Shown here: positions 17,709 through 27,331 of the stretch, piece after piece
Position numbering within the stretch: the first letter of the stretch is position 1
Layout: every line of letters begins with the position of its first letter
Notes under the pieces: generated by a model
Database searches by the model: none
Seen by the model: the letters and a program-made list of their open reading frames with translations, nothing else
What the model was told of the DNA's origin: nothing
Made by a program: the position numbers and the translations under genes
Assembly (NCBI GenBank): GCA_044358025.1
Contig: JBIKOK010000004.1
Location: 853 to 64,852, forward strand
From: Opitutaceae bacterium
Lineage (GTDB): Bacteria; Verrucomicrobiota; Verrucomicrobiia; Opitutales; Opitutaceae
DNA: 64,000 nucleotides
Reading direction: 5' to 3'

Positions 17709-20700
17709 ATGCCCCTACCCCGCCCTCTTCTCCCCCTCTCTCTTTCCCTCCTTCTCGCCCTCTCCGCCGTCTCCGCCCTCCTCTCCGTCGGCTCGGCGCA
17801 AACCGCCCCCCTCGCCACCGGATCGATCACCGGCCGCGTCACGAATGCCGCCGGCGATAGTTTTCTGGAACGCGTCCGCGTCACCGTCGAAGGCACCTCG
17901 CTCGAAACCTTCACCGATGCCGCCGGCGGCTATCGCCTCGACGGCGTGCCTACCGGCACCGCCCAGGTGAAGCTGTTCTACACCGGCATGACGCTCCAAA
18001 CCGACCCGGTCACCGTCGCCCCCGCGCAGGTCGCCCAACACGACGTCAAATTGTCGTTGGCTGGGCAGCGGGGCTCGCCCAACGAGGTCGTGCAACTCGG
18101 CCAATTCGTCGTCGCCTCCTCGAAGGAAATGGAAGCCTCCGCCATCGCGATCAACGAGCAGCGCTTCGCCCCCAATCTCAAGACCGTCGTCTCCACCGAC
18201 GAGTTCGGCACGGTCGCCGAGGGGCACGTCGGCGAATTCCTGAAGTTTCTCCCCGGCGTCACCATGGAGTACGCCGGCGGCAACGCCCGCGAGATCTCCA
18301 TCAACGGCGCACCCGCCGACAACGTCCCGGTCACACTCGACGGCTTCGGCCTCGCCACCGCGATCAGCGGCATTTCCCGCGCCTCCGCCGTCGACATGGT
18401 TTCCATCAACGGCATCTCGCGCGTCGAGGTTTCCTTCTCGCCGACCCCGGACACCTCCGGCGCAGCCCTCGCCGGCTCGGTGAACATGATTCCACGCAGC
18501 GCCTTCGAGCGCTCGCGGCCCGTCTTCAACGGCAGCGTCTACGTGATGATGCGCGACCATCGCAAGGAACTCCACGCCACGCCCGGCCCGCGCGAGGATC
18601 GCCGCAGCAAGGCGCCCCCGGGCTTCGACTTCTCGTGGGTCGTGCCGGTGAACAAACGTTTCGGCTTCACGCTCTCCGGTGGTCGCACCAGCCAGTTCGC
18701 CGGCCAGGATCAGGTCACCAGCACGTGGCGCGGGGTCGGGACCGTCACCAACGGCACCACGTTTCCCCACACCACGCCCGACCGGCCCTACCTCTCCACT
18801 TTCGCCGTGCGCGGTGGCCTCAAGGAAACCACCCGCCACTCCCTCGCCGCCACGCTCGATTTCAAATTCGCGCGCCGCGACACGCTGTCGCTCTCCGTCC
18901 AGGCCTCCCGCTTCGAGGAGGACTATCTCAGCCAGACCCTCACCTTCAATGTCGGCGGCGTGCTGCCCGGAAATTTCACGCCGTTCTCGACCCGCGGCAC
19001 CACGGCCTTGGGCGACCTCGTCAGCGGCAATGCCGGCGGCTACCGCAAAAACCAGACCTACATGCCCACGCTCCGCTGGCGCCACAACGGACCGGTCTGG
19101 AAAGCCGAGGCCGGCGCCGGCTACTCCCGCGCCCGCTACAACGGCGCCGACCTCGAACGCGGCTACTTCGCCAACACCAGCGCCCGCCGCACCGGCGTGA
19201 CCGTGGCCTTCGACGATATTTTCTATCTGCGGCCCAACCGTATCACCGTGACCGATGGCGCGACCGGCACCGCCCTCGATCCGTACAACCTCGTCAACTA
19301 CGCCGTGACCGGCGCCGGCAGCGGCCAGCCCGAAAACAACGACCAGCAGCGCACCCTCTTCGCCAACGTCCAGCGCGACTTCCTCTGGCACGTGCCCCTC
19401 ACCCTCAAGGCCGGACTCGACCGCCGCGAAGGCGTGCGCGACCTCCGCGCCGACGACAACCGCGCTTACAGTTTCGTCGGCCGCGACGGCCGCGCCAGCA
19501 CCACCCCGATCGGCACCGATGACGCGGCGGCGCCATTCTGGGCGCCCGAGTTGTCCGAACGCGCCCACCCCTACGGCTTCCCGCGTATCCAGTGGGTCGG
19601 CACCAGCCGTCTGCTCGATTACTCGCGCGCCAATCCCACCCATCTCACCTTCGACGAAAACGCCCGCTACCGCGCCTCCGTCACCAACTCCAAGCACACC
19701 GAGGAGGCCGTGTCCTCCGCCTTCCTGCGCGGTGACGTCGCGTTGTTCGAGCGCCGCCTCAAACTCGTCGGCGGCCTCCGCGCCGAGCAGACCAACATCA
19801 ACGCCGAGGGCCCGCTCACCGACGCCACCCGCAACTTTCAGCGCGACGCCGGCGGCCGGGTCCTCCGCGCCGCCAACGGCACCCCGCTGCTCCTTTTCCC
19901 GACGACGAACGCCCTCGCCGTCTCCCAGCTCACGTTTCTGCCCCGCGGCACTCAGGTCGAAAAGGAATACCTCCGCCTCTTCCCCAGCCTCAACGCCTCC
20001 TTCAACCTCCGCGAAAATCTCATCGTCCGCGCCGCCCGCTATTCCTCCGTCGGCCGGCCCGACCTGAACCAATACGCCGGCGGCCTCACCCTCCCCGATC
20101 CCGACAGCGACGCCTCCAATCCCGCCAACCGCATCGTCGTCAACAACGCCGGCATCAAGGCGTGGAGCGCGGAAACCACCAACGCGCGCTTCGAATATTA
20201 TTTCGCGGGCGTCGGCCAGATTTCCGTCGGCGGATTCCGCCGCGACATCACGAATTTCTTCGGCGGTACCGTCTTCAACGCGACGCCCGAATTCCTCGCC
20301 CTCTACGGCCTCGATCCCGCGCTCTACGACAAGTTCGACGTCACGACCCAATATAATCTCCCCGGCAAAGTCCGCCTCACCGGCGTCGACTTCAGCTACA
20401 AACAGGCCCTCACCGGTCTGCCGTCGTGGGCGCGCGGCGTGCAGGTCTTCGCCAACGCCAGCGCTCAGCGTGTAACCGGTGACGCCACCGCGACCGCCAA
20501 CTTCGCCGGCTACATCCCGCGCAGCGGCAGTTGGGGCGCGAGCCTCACGCGCCCGGGCTACAATCTCCGCGTCAATTGGAACTATCGCGGCCGCCAGCGC
20601 CGCGCCGTCGTCAACGCGAACCCCGCCGCGAGCATCGAGCCCGGCACCTACAACTGGGGCTCCAAGCGCCTCTACCTCGACGTCTCCGCCGAATACGCCC

Positions 20701-20858
20701 TCACGCGCCGCCTCGCGCTCTTCACCAATCTGCGCAACCTCAACGACGCCACCGAGGACACCGAAATCTCCGGACCCAGCACGCCCGCGCACGCCCAGTT
20801 CCGCTCCCGCCTCGACTTCGGCTCGCTCTGGACCTTCGGTCTCAAGGGCACGTTCTGA
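17709..20858 (+). CDS. TonB-dependent outer-membrane receptor (paralogue 2, tandem to paralogue 1)
   Basis: Internal ATG at 17709. The first 20 codons are nucleotide-identical to paralogue 1. Same domain order. C-terminus FGSLWTFGLKGTF. Confidence 0.9.
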   Translation: MPLPRPLLPLSLSLLLALSAVSALLSVGSAQTAPLATGSITGRVTNAAGDSFLERVRVTVEGTSLETFTDAAGGYRLDGVPTGTAQVKLFYTGMTLQTDPVTVAPAQVAQHDVKLSLAGQRGSPNEVVQLGQFVVASSKEMEASAIAINEQRFAPNLKTVVSTDEFGTVAEGHVGEFLKFLPGVTMEYAGGNAREISINGAPADNVPVTLDGFGLATAISGISRASAVDMVSINGISRVEVSFSPTPDTSGAALAGSVNMIPRSAFERSRPVFNGSVYVMMRDHRKELHATPGPREDRRSKAPPGFDFSWVVPVNKRFGFTLSGGRTSQFAGQDQVTSTWRGVGTVTNGTTFPHTTPDRPYLSTFAVRGGLKETTRHSLAATLDFKFARRDTLSLSVQASRFEEDYLSQTLTFNVGGVLPGNFTPFSTRGTTALGDLVSGNAGGYRKNQTYMPTLRWRHNGPVWKAEAGAGYSRARYNGADLERGYFANTSARRTGVTVAFDDIFYLRPNRITVTDGATGTALDPYNLVNYAVTGAGSGQPENNDQQRTLFANVQRDFLWHVPLTLKAGLDRREGVRDLRADDNRAYSFVGRDGRASTTPIGTDDAAAPFWAPELSERAHPYGFPRIQWVGTSRLLDYSRANPTHLTFDENARYRASVTNSKHTEEAVSSAFLRGDVALFERRLKLVGGLRAEQTNINAEGPLTDATRNFQRDAGGRVLRAANGTPLLLFPTTNALAVSQLTFLPRGTQVEKEYLRLFPSLNASFNLRENLIVRAARYSSVGRPDLNQYAGGLTLPDPDSDASNPANRIVVNNAGIKAWSAETTNARFEYYFAGVGQISVGGFRRDITNFFGGTVFNATPEFLALYGLDPALYDKFDVTTQYNLPGKVRLTGVDFSYKQALTGLPSWARGVQVFANASAQRVTGDATATANFAGYIPRSGSWGASLTRPGYNLRVNWNYRGRQRRAVVNANPAASIEPGTYNWGSKRLYLDVSAEYALTRRLALFTNLRNLNDATEDTEISGPSTPAHAQFRSRLDFGSLWTFGLKGTF

Positions 20859-20905
20859 GCCGCATCCTCCCCGCCTCCGGACCACAAAACCTCGCCTCTC
20901 CTTCT

Positions 20906-22444
20906 ATGACTTCCATCCGTTCCGTTCTCTCCGTCGCTCTGTCTCTCCTTCTCTCCGTCTCGGCGACAGCCGCCGCCGCTCCCGCCAAACCCATCGCCGG
21001 CGCCCAGCCGAACATTCTCTTCATCCTCACGGACGATCAGGGTTACGGCGACATCTCCGCCCACGGAAATCCCATTCTGAAAACGCCGCACCTCGACCGG
21101 CTCCGCGCCGAGGGCGTGCGCTTCACGGATTTCCACGTCAGCCCCACGTGCGCGCCGACCCGCAGCGCCCTCTTCACCGGCCGCCATGAATTCAAGAACG
21201 GCATCACCCACACGATTCTCGAGCGCGAGCGCATGACCCTCGCCGCCACCACCCTGCCGCAGGTGCTGCAGTCGGCCGGTTACACCACGGGGATTTTCGG
21301 CAAGTGGCACCTCGGCGACGAAGCGGAGTATCGACCCGAGAGCCGCGGCTTCAACGAGGTCTACATCCACGGCGGCGGCGGCATCGGCCAGACTTATCCC
21401 GGCTCCTGCGGCGACGCGCCCGGCAACACCTATTTTAATCCCACCCTGCTCCATAACGGAAAGTTCGAGAAAACGTCGGGCTACTGCACCGACCTCTTCT
21501 ACGCCCAAGCCACCCAATGGATCGACGCCCAGCGCCGTGCGAAAAAACCCTTCTTCGCCTACATCCCGTCGAACACTCCCCACGGACCCTACATTGCTCG
21601 CCCCGAAGACCGCGCGCTCTACGAGGGCAAAGGTCTTGAGCCCGCGACCGAAAACTTCTTCGGCATGATCCACAATATCGACCAAAACATCGGCCGGCTC
21701 CTCGCCAAACTCGACGAGTGGGGCATCGCCCAAAACACCCTCGTCATTTTCATGAACGACAACGGCGGCACCGCCGGCGTGAAGGTGTTCAACGCCGACA
21801 TGCGCGGGCAAAAGGGCACCGCCTGGCTCGGCGGCACCCGCGCGAATTCGTTCTGGCGCTGGCCCGGCACGCTCCAACCCGCCGATTGCGGCGTGCTCTC
21901 CGCCCACATCGATTTTTTCCCCACGCTCGCCGCGATCGCCGGAGCCAAAGTCCCGGCCGCCGTCGCGCAGTCCCAAATCGAGGGCCGCAGCCTCGTGCCC
22001 GTGCTCCAAAATCCCGCCGCCAAATTGCCCGACCGCTACCAATTCACCCACCAGGGCCGCTGGCCGAAACTCAGCGATCCCAACGAGGCGAAATTCAAGG
22101 TCGCCGCCGTGCGCAACACCCGCTGGGCGATGGTCAGCGAGAACGGCGGCCGCACGCCGAATTGGCAGCTCTTCGACCTCAGCGTCGACTACGGCCAAAA
22201 AAACAACGTCTTCGCGCAGCACCCCGAGGTGGTGAAGGAACTCGGCGCCGCGTTCGACCAGTGGTGGTCCGAGTGCCTGCCGCTGATGGTGAACGAAAAA
22301 GCGATGGGGCCCGCGATCAATCCCTTCCAGGAAATTTACTACCGCCAGTTCGGCGGCAGCCCGACGTCCGCCGACCTCGCAAAAATGGACCCCAAGGGCG
22401 CACTCACGTTTGGCGCGCCGAAAGCCGGCAAGAAAAAGAACTGA
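20906..22444 (+). CDS. Cys-type sulfatase (arylsulfatase family S1)
   Basis: Internal ATG at 20906 with leader MTSIRSVLSVALSLLLSVSATAAAAPA. PNILFILTDDQGYGD and the formylglycine motif CAPTRSALFTGR. C-terminal LFDL...HPEVVKEL. Confidence 0.9.
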   Translation: MTSIRSVLSVALSLLLSVSATAAAAPAKPIAGAQPNILFILTDDQGYGDISAHGNPILKTPHLDRLRAEGVRFTDFHVSPTCAPTRSALFTGRHEFKNGITHTILERERMTLAATTLPQVLQSAGYTTGIFGKWHLGDEAEYRPESRGFNEVYIHGGGGIGQTYPGSCGDAPGNTYFNPTLLHNGKFEKTSGYCTDLFYAQATQWIDAQRRAKKPFFAYIPSNTPHGPYIARPEDRALYEGKGLEPATENFFGMIHNIDQNIGRLLAKLDEWGIAQNTLVIFMNDNGGTAGVKVFNADMRGQKGTAWLGGTRANSFWRWPGTLQPADCGVLSAHIDFFPTLAAIAGAKVPAAVAQSQIEGRSLVPVLQNPAAKLPDRYQFTHQGRWPKLSDPNEAKFKVAAVRNTRWAMVSENGGRTPNWQLFDLSVDYGQKNNVFAQHPEVVKELGAAFDQWWSECLPLMVNEKAMGPAINPFQEIYYRQFGGSPTSADLAKMDPKGALTFGAPKAGKKKN

Positions 22445-22467
22445 ACCGCCGGCTAGCGTGTAGCCGA

Positions 22468-22546
22468 CTTTTGCCCTCGCGAGGTGCGCGCCGCGCGCCG
22501 TGGCGATCCAGCTGGATAGCTACGCCGCTTCGCTCCTCGCCATGAC
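22468..22546. repeat. palindromic-core repeat element, copy 2 (inverted relative to copy 1)
   Basis: The reverse complement (gtcatggcgaggagcgaagcggcgtagctatccagctggatcgccacg...ctcgcgagggcaaaa) aligns with 10901..10983. Confidence 0.6.
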
Positions 22547-23077
22547 AGTCCAAATAGTAGCTGCCGAGATCACAAGGCAGGCGAACGCGTTTCACCGCGC
22601 ATTCCGCCTCCTCACGTCGGCGGCTACGTTCAACGGCTGAAAACCGCACCGCATGTTTCGCTCGGGAAATTCGCTTGGTCGGAATATTTGCCCAAAGAAA
22701 AACCAGGCCTCATCGGTGCTCGGGTTGATCCCCTTCGTTTGAGATCCGTTCGTCCGGGTAGATGAAACGGGACCGACGAACGCAGCAGCGAAGATTGGTT
22801 TTCTACGGTTCGGAAAATCTTCCTACCAACCCAATCTTCCTACCTCCACTCTGGGCTCCCTTGAGCAAAGCACCCCGATCTGAACCCCAAAGCACAAAGA
22901 ACCGACCCCACACCCGGTGGCATCAGGCGATTCGCCACCTGCTAAACATTCTCCCCCCCCCCTCAGTCCCCGCTCGCCCTCCATCACCAGCCATTCGTCA
23001 TTAGACATTAGGCCTTGGTCATGGGTCTTTGGTCATTCGTCCTTGGCCCTCGGTCCTTCCCTTCCACGCCGCCTCCC

Positions 23078-24571
23078 ATGCCCGCCCCCGCCGCCCCCGA
23101 CATCCTCCTCATCGGCGGCGGCATCATGTCCGCCCATCTCGGCGTCATGCTCAAGCGGCTCGACCCGCACCTCTCGATCCACGTCTACGAAGCCGCCGCC
23201 GAACTCGCCCGCGAAAGCTCCGACGGCTGGAACAACGCCGGCACCGGTCACGCCGGCCTTTGCGAACTCAACTACACGCCGCCGCCCGCCACCCCCGGCG
23301 CGCCCGTCGACGTCACCAAGGCGATCGAGATTTTTGCCCGCTTCGAACAGTCGCGCCAGTTCTGGAGCTACGCGGTCGCCCACGGACTCGCCCCGCGCCC
23401 CGCCGATTTCATTCGCGCCGTCCCGCATCTCAGCTTTGTCCGCGGCGCCGCGCAAATCGCCTTCCTCCGGGCTCGTCACGCCGCGCTGTCGGCGCATCCG
23501 TTCTTCCGCACCATGGCATTCACGGCCGACCCCGCCGTCATCCGTCAGTGGACGCCCCTGCTCATCGACGGGCGTACCGCTGAGCCCATCGCCGCCACCA
23601 AAATCGACGCCGGCACCGATGTAAATTTCGGCGAGCTCTCCCGCCAACTCCTTACGTGGCTTGGCACGCAGGAAAATTGCCGCGTCGTCACCGGCCAGCG
23701 CGTCACGCACCTGCGCCGTTCCGGCCCCGACTGGGAACTCACGGTGCGTGACACCGCCTCGGGCGAATCGCACCCCGCCCGCTCTCGCTTTGTTTTCATC
23801 GGCGCCGGTGGTGGGACGTTGCCGCTCCTCCAGTCCAGCGGCCTGCCCGTCGCGCACGGCCTCGCGGCCTTCCCCATCGCCGGCCAATGGATCCTCTGTG
23901 AAAACCCCGCCGTCGTCGCCCGCCACTTCGCCAAGGTCTACGGCGCGCCCCCACCCGACTCTGGCGCCCTCGGCGGCCCGCACCTCGACGTCCGCCACCT
24001 GCACGGCCAACGCGTCCTGCTCTTCGGCCCCTTCGCCACGTGGACGACCCAGTTCCTCCATCGCACCGGCCGCCTCACGGACCTCCCGGCGTCCCTCCGC
24101 CCCGATAACCTCGCCACCCTCCTCCGCACCGGCCTGCACAACCGCGTCCTCGTCCGCTTCCTCGTCCAACAGGCCCTCCAAAGCATGGATACCCGCCTCC
24201 GCGCCCTCCGTGTCTTCTACCCCGAAGCCGACTCCGCCGATTGGCGCCTCGTCGACGCCGGCATCCGCGTGCAAGCCCTGAAAAAATCCGACGCCGGGCG
24301 CCTCTCCTTCGGCACCGAAGTCGTCACCGCCCCCGACGGCTCGCTCGCCGCCCTGCTCGGCGCCTCACCCGGCGCGTCCGTCTCCGCCTCCATCGCGCTG
24401 CAAATCATCCAAACCTGTTTCCCGGAAAATCTCCGCACGAGCGAGGGCCACGCCCGCCTGAAAGCCATGATCCCCACCTTCGACCTCGACCTCGCCTCCC
24501 CCGCCGCCACCGCCGACCACGCCCGCCGCTCCGCGCAGATCGACACCGTCCTCCACTTGTCGCCCCCTTGA
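23078..24571 (+). CDS. mqo: malate:quinone oxidoreductase
   Basis: DILLIGGGIMSAHLGVMLKRLDP FAD-binding N-terminus, then ESSDGWNNAGTGHAGLCELNYT, typical of Mqo. The start is ambiguous between 23015 and 23078; 23078 (MPAPAAPDILLIGGG) is preferred because upstream residues lie in a short-repeat tract. Confidence 0.85.
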   Translation: MPAPAAPDILLIGGGIMSAHLGVMLKRLDPHLSIHVYEAAAELARESSDGWNNAGTGHAGLCELNYTPPPATPGAPVDVTKAIEIFARFEQSRQFWSYAVAHGLAPRPADFIRAVPHLSFVRGAAQIAFLRARHAALSAHPFFRTMAFTADPAVIRQWTPLLIDGRTAEPIAATKIDAGTDVNFGELSRQLLTWLGTQENCRVVTGQRVTHLRRSGPDWELTVRDTASGESHPARSRFVFIGAGGGTLPLLQSSGLPVAHGLAAFPIAGQWILCENPAVVARHFAKVYGAPPPDSGALGGPHLDVRHLHGQRVLLFGPFATWTTQFLHRTGRLTDLPASLRPDNLATLLRTGLHNRVLVRFLVQQALQSMDTRLRALRVFYPEADSADWRLVDAGIRVQALKKSDAGRLSFGTEVVTAPDGSLAALLGASPGASVSASIALQIIQTCFPENLRTSEGHARLKAMIPTFDLDLASPAATADHARRSAQIDTVLHLSPP

Positions 24572-24655
24572 CTGCGCTGCGCCCTTGGGTGCGAATCCAC
24601 CTGGTCCCGTTTTCCTCTGCGCGTCCCCCCGGCGCATCCCCCGACCCAACACTCC

Positions 24656-26272
24656 ATGCACCTCGCTATTCTCTCGTTCGCCTCCCCGCTACGGTTCGTC
24701 ACGCGCCTCCTCCTCACCCTCGTCGCCGTCGCGACGCTCACCGTCCTCCGCGCCGCCGAGCCCAAGCCGCCCGCCGGTTTCCGCGCCCTCTTCAACGGCA
24801 AGGACCTCACCGGCTGGCACGGCCTCAACCCGCACGACGTCGCCAAACTCACGGGCGAGAAACGCGACGCCAAACTCGCCGAGATGCGCACCGAGTTCGC
24901 GCAACATTGGCGCGTCGAAAACGGCGAGCTCGTCAACCCCGGCACCGGCCCCTACGCCACCACCGCCGAGGAGTTCGGCGACTACGAGCTGCTCATCGAC
25001 TACAAGACCGTCCCAAAAGCCGACAGCGGCCTCTACCTCCGCGGCCAGCCGCAGGTGCAGATCTGGGACAAGAACCAAGTCTTCGACCCCAAGAAACCCG
25101 ACCGACGGCCGCACCTCGGCTCCGGCGGACTCTTCAACAACCCGCCCAAAACCCTCGGCCGCGATCCGATCATGGCCGCCGACAAACCGTTCGGCCAATG
25201 GAACACCCTGCGGATCCGCCAAATTGGCGCACGGGTGTGGGTGACGCTCAACACCCGCCTCGTCGTCGAGGGCGCACCGATGGAAAACTATTTCGAGAAG
25301 GGAAAGCCGTTCCCCGCGCGCGGGCCCTTCATGCTCCAGACGCACGGCGGCGAGATTCGCTGGCGCGCCATCTACGTGCGCGACATCCCGGCCGACGAGG
25401 CGCAACGCGAACTCGCCACCCCGCCGCTGCCCAACCCCACGCACTTCGACGTCGCCTACGGCCCGCACCCGAAGCAGCTCATCCATTTCTGGCGAGCCGA
25501 GTCCGCCGCGCCCACCCCTCTGCTGCTCTTCATTCACGGCGGCGGTTGGCAAAACGGCGGCCGCCTCAGCGGTCTCTCCGCCATGCTGCCGGAAATGCTC
25601 AAGCGCGGTATCTCGGTCGCATCGGTCGAATATCGCTTCATCGCCGAGGCCACCGCCGACCAGGTCGTGCCACCCGTGAAGGGCCCGCTCCACGACGCCG
25701 CGCGCGCGCTGCAGTTCATCCGCAGCCAAGCCACCGCGTGGAACCTCGACAAGACCCGCATCGCCGCCAGCGGCGGGTCCGCCGGCGCGTGCACTTCCCT
25801 CTGGCTCGCGTTCCACCCGGACCTGGCCGACCCCGCCAGCGCCGATCCCATCGCGCGCGAATCCACCCGTCTCCTCGGCGCCGCCGTCAACGGCGCACAG
25901 ACCACGCTCGACCCGCAGCAAATGAAGGACTGGACGCCCAACAGCACCTACGGCGGCCACGCCTTCGGCCTCGGCAAGTTCGACAACTTCCTCGCGCAAC
26001 GCGCCACCATCCTCCCCTGGATCGCCGAATATTCGCCCTACGCCCTCGTCACCCGGGATGATCCGCCGGTCTATCTTTCTTACACCGTCGCACCCGCCCT
26101 CGGGGAGCCGCAGAAAGATCCGACGCACACGTCAAACTTCGGCGTAAAGCTCCAGGAGCACTGCCGCGCCAACGGCGTCGTCTGCGAGCTCGTCTATCCC
26201 GGCGCGCCGGAGGTGAAGCACGCGACCACGCAAGACTACCTCATCGCAACGCTCACCGCATCGAAGCGTTGA
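24656..26272 (+). CDS. DUF1080 (3-keto-disaccharide-hydrolase-like) domain fused to an alpha/beta-hydrolase esterase
   Basis: N-half: FRALFNGKDLTGWHG...HWRVENGELV...FGDYELLIDYK...SGLYLRG...EIRWRAIYVRDI. C-half: LLFIHGGGWQNGG oxyanion motif and GGSAGA nucleophile elbow. Confidence 0.8.
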   Translation: MHLAILSFASPLRFVTRLLLTLVAVATLTVLRAAEPKPPAGFRALFNGKDLTGWHGLNPHDVAKLTGEKRDAKLAEMRTEFAQHWRVENGELVNPGTGPYATTAEEFGDYELLIDYKTVPKADSGLYLRGQPQVQIWDKNQVFDPKKPDRRPHLGSGGLFNNPPKTLGRDPIMAADKPFGQWNTLRIRQIGARVWVTLNTRLVVEGAPMENYFEKGKPFPARGPFMLQTHGGEIRWRAIYVRDIPADEAQRELATPPLPNPTHFDVAYGPHPKQLIHFWRAESAAPTPLLLFIHGGGWQNGGRLSGLSAMLPEMLKRGISVASVEYRFIAEATADQVVPPVKGPLHDAARALQFIRSQATAWNLDKTRIAASGGSAGACTSLWLAFHPDLADPASADPIARESTRLLGAAVNGAQTTLDPQQMKDWTPNSTYGGHAFGLGKFDNFLAQRATILPWIAEYSPYALVTRDDPPVYLSYTVAPALGEPQKDPTHTSNFGVKLQEHCRANGVVCELVYPGAPEVKHATTQDYLIATLTASKR

Positions 26273-26298
26273 GTCCGTCCGGTATTCCCCTCCGTCCA

Positions 26299-27159
26299 AT
26301 GAAACCTCGCCGCCTTCTCGTCCCATTCGCCTGCTTCGCCGCCTCATTCACGACCGCCGCAGTCGCTCAACCCAACTCCGCCCTCGCCCGCGCCCTCACG
26401 TTTCACGCCTCGTTCGACACCGGCCTCGACGCCGATTTCTCGCGCGGCGAAAAAACCGCCTACGTCCGCACCAGGGCCGGCCTCGGGCCTGCCACGCTCA
26501 ACGACGAACTCAAACTCGTCCCGGGCGCCGGCCGCTTCGGCGGCGCGCTCCATTTCCCGAAAAAGGGCAACACCCGCCCGCTCTTCAAAGACGGCGGCGT
26601 GCTCGGCTACAACGCCACGAGCTGGTCCGCCACCGTCTCCGTCTGGCTCCGCCTCGACCCCGACAGGGATCTCGAGCCCGGTTACTGCGACCCCGTCCAA
26701 ATCGTTGGCGACGACGGCAAGAAGGGCTTCATCTTCCTCGAATGGTCGAAGGACGAGACGCCGCGCTTCTTCCGCTTCGCCATCCGTCCGCTCCAATCAA
26801 TCTGGGACCCGCAGAACGTCGGTTGGGGCGCGCTACCCTTCGAGCGGCGCCCGATGGTGCAGGTCGCCGGCGCCCCGTTCTCCCGCGAAGCGTGGACGCA
26901 CGCCGTCTTCACCCTGGAGAAAATCAACGATAAATCCGCCAAACCCACCGGCCGCCTTTGGCTCAACGGGAAGCTCCAGGGCACGATCGAAAACTGGGAT
27001 CTTACCTTCGACTGGAAGGCCGACGCCGCCAACCTCGTGCTCGGCGCCGCCTACGTCGGCCACCTCGACGACCTCGCCGTCTTCGACCGCGCGCTCACCG
27101 ACGCCGAGGTCAAACAACTCATGGCCCTGAAAAACGGCGTCCGCGACCTGCGGCCCTAA
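26299..27159 (+). CDS. secreted LamG / concanavalin-A-like lectin domain protein
   Basis: ATG at 26299 gives leader MKPRRLLVPFACFAASFTTAAVAQ. The C-terminal LVLGAAYVGHLDDLAVFDRALTDAEVKQL is the typical LamG_3-type ending. Confidence 0.7.
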   Translation: MKPRRLLVPFACFAASFTTAAVAQPNSALARALTFHASFDTGLDADFSRGEKTAYVRTRAGLGPATLNDELKLVPGAGRFGGALHFPKKGNTRPLFKDGGVLGYNATSWSATVSVWLRLDPDRDLEPGYCDPVQIVGDDGKKGFIFLEWSKDETPRFFRFAIRPLQSIWDPQNVGWGALPFERRPMVQVAGAPFSREAWTHAVFTLEKINDKSAKPTGRLWLNGKLQGTIENWDLTFDWKADAANLVLGAAYVGHLDDLAVFDRALTDAEVKQLMALKNGVRDLRP

Positions 27160-27223
27160 CCCGAATATTTCGCCCACTCCTCTGAGGAAGGCCGCACCCC
27201 GTTCGCGCGGCCAATCACGGATT

Positions 27224-27281
27224 TTCCCGCAGATTCAGGATGCCACAGAGGATAATCTGCGGAATCCTGAATCTGCGGGAA
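27224..27281. repeat. perfect 18-nt inverted repeat with a 22-nt loop
   Basis: ttcccgcagattcaggat (27224..27241) pairs with atcctgaatctgcgggaa (27264..27281). The loop repeats part of the arm (aatctgcgga). No T-run follows. Confidence 0.85.
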
Positions 27282-27331
27282 TCATCTCCATGAAATTTCC
27301 AAGCTAACGCCCAACTCCGCTCGTATCTCCC

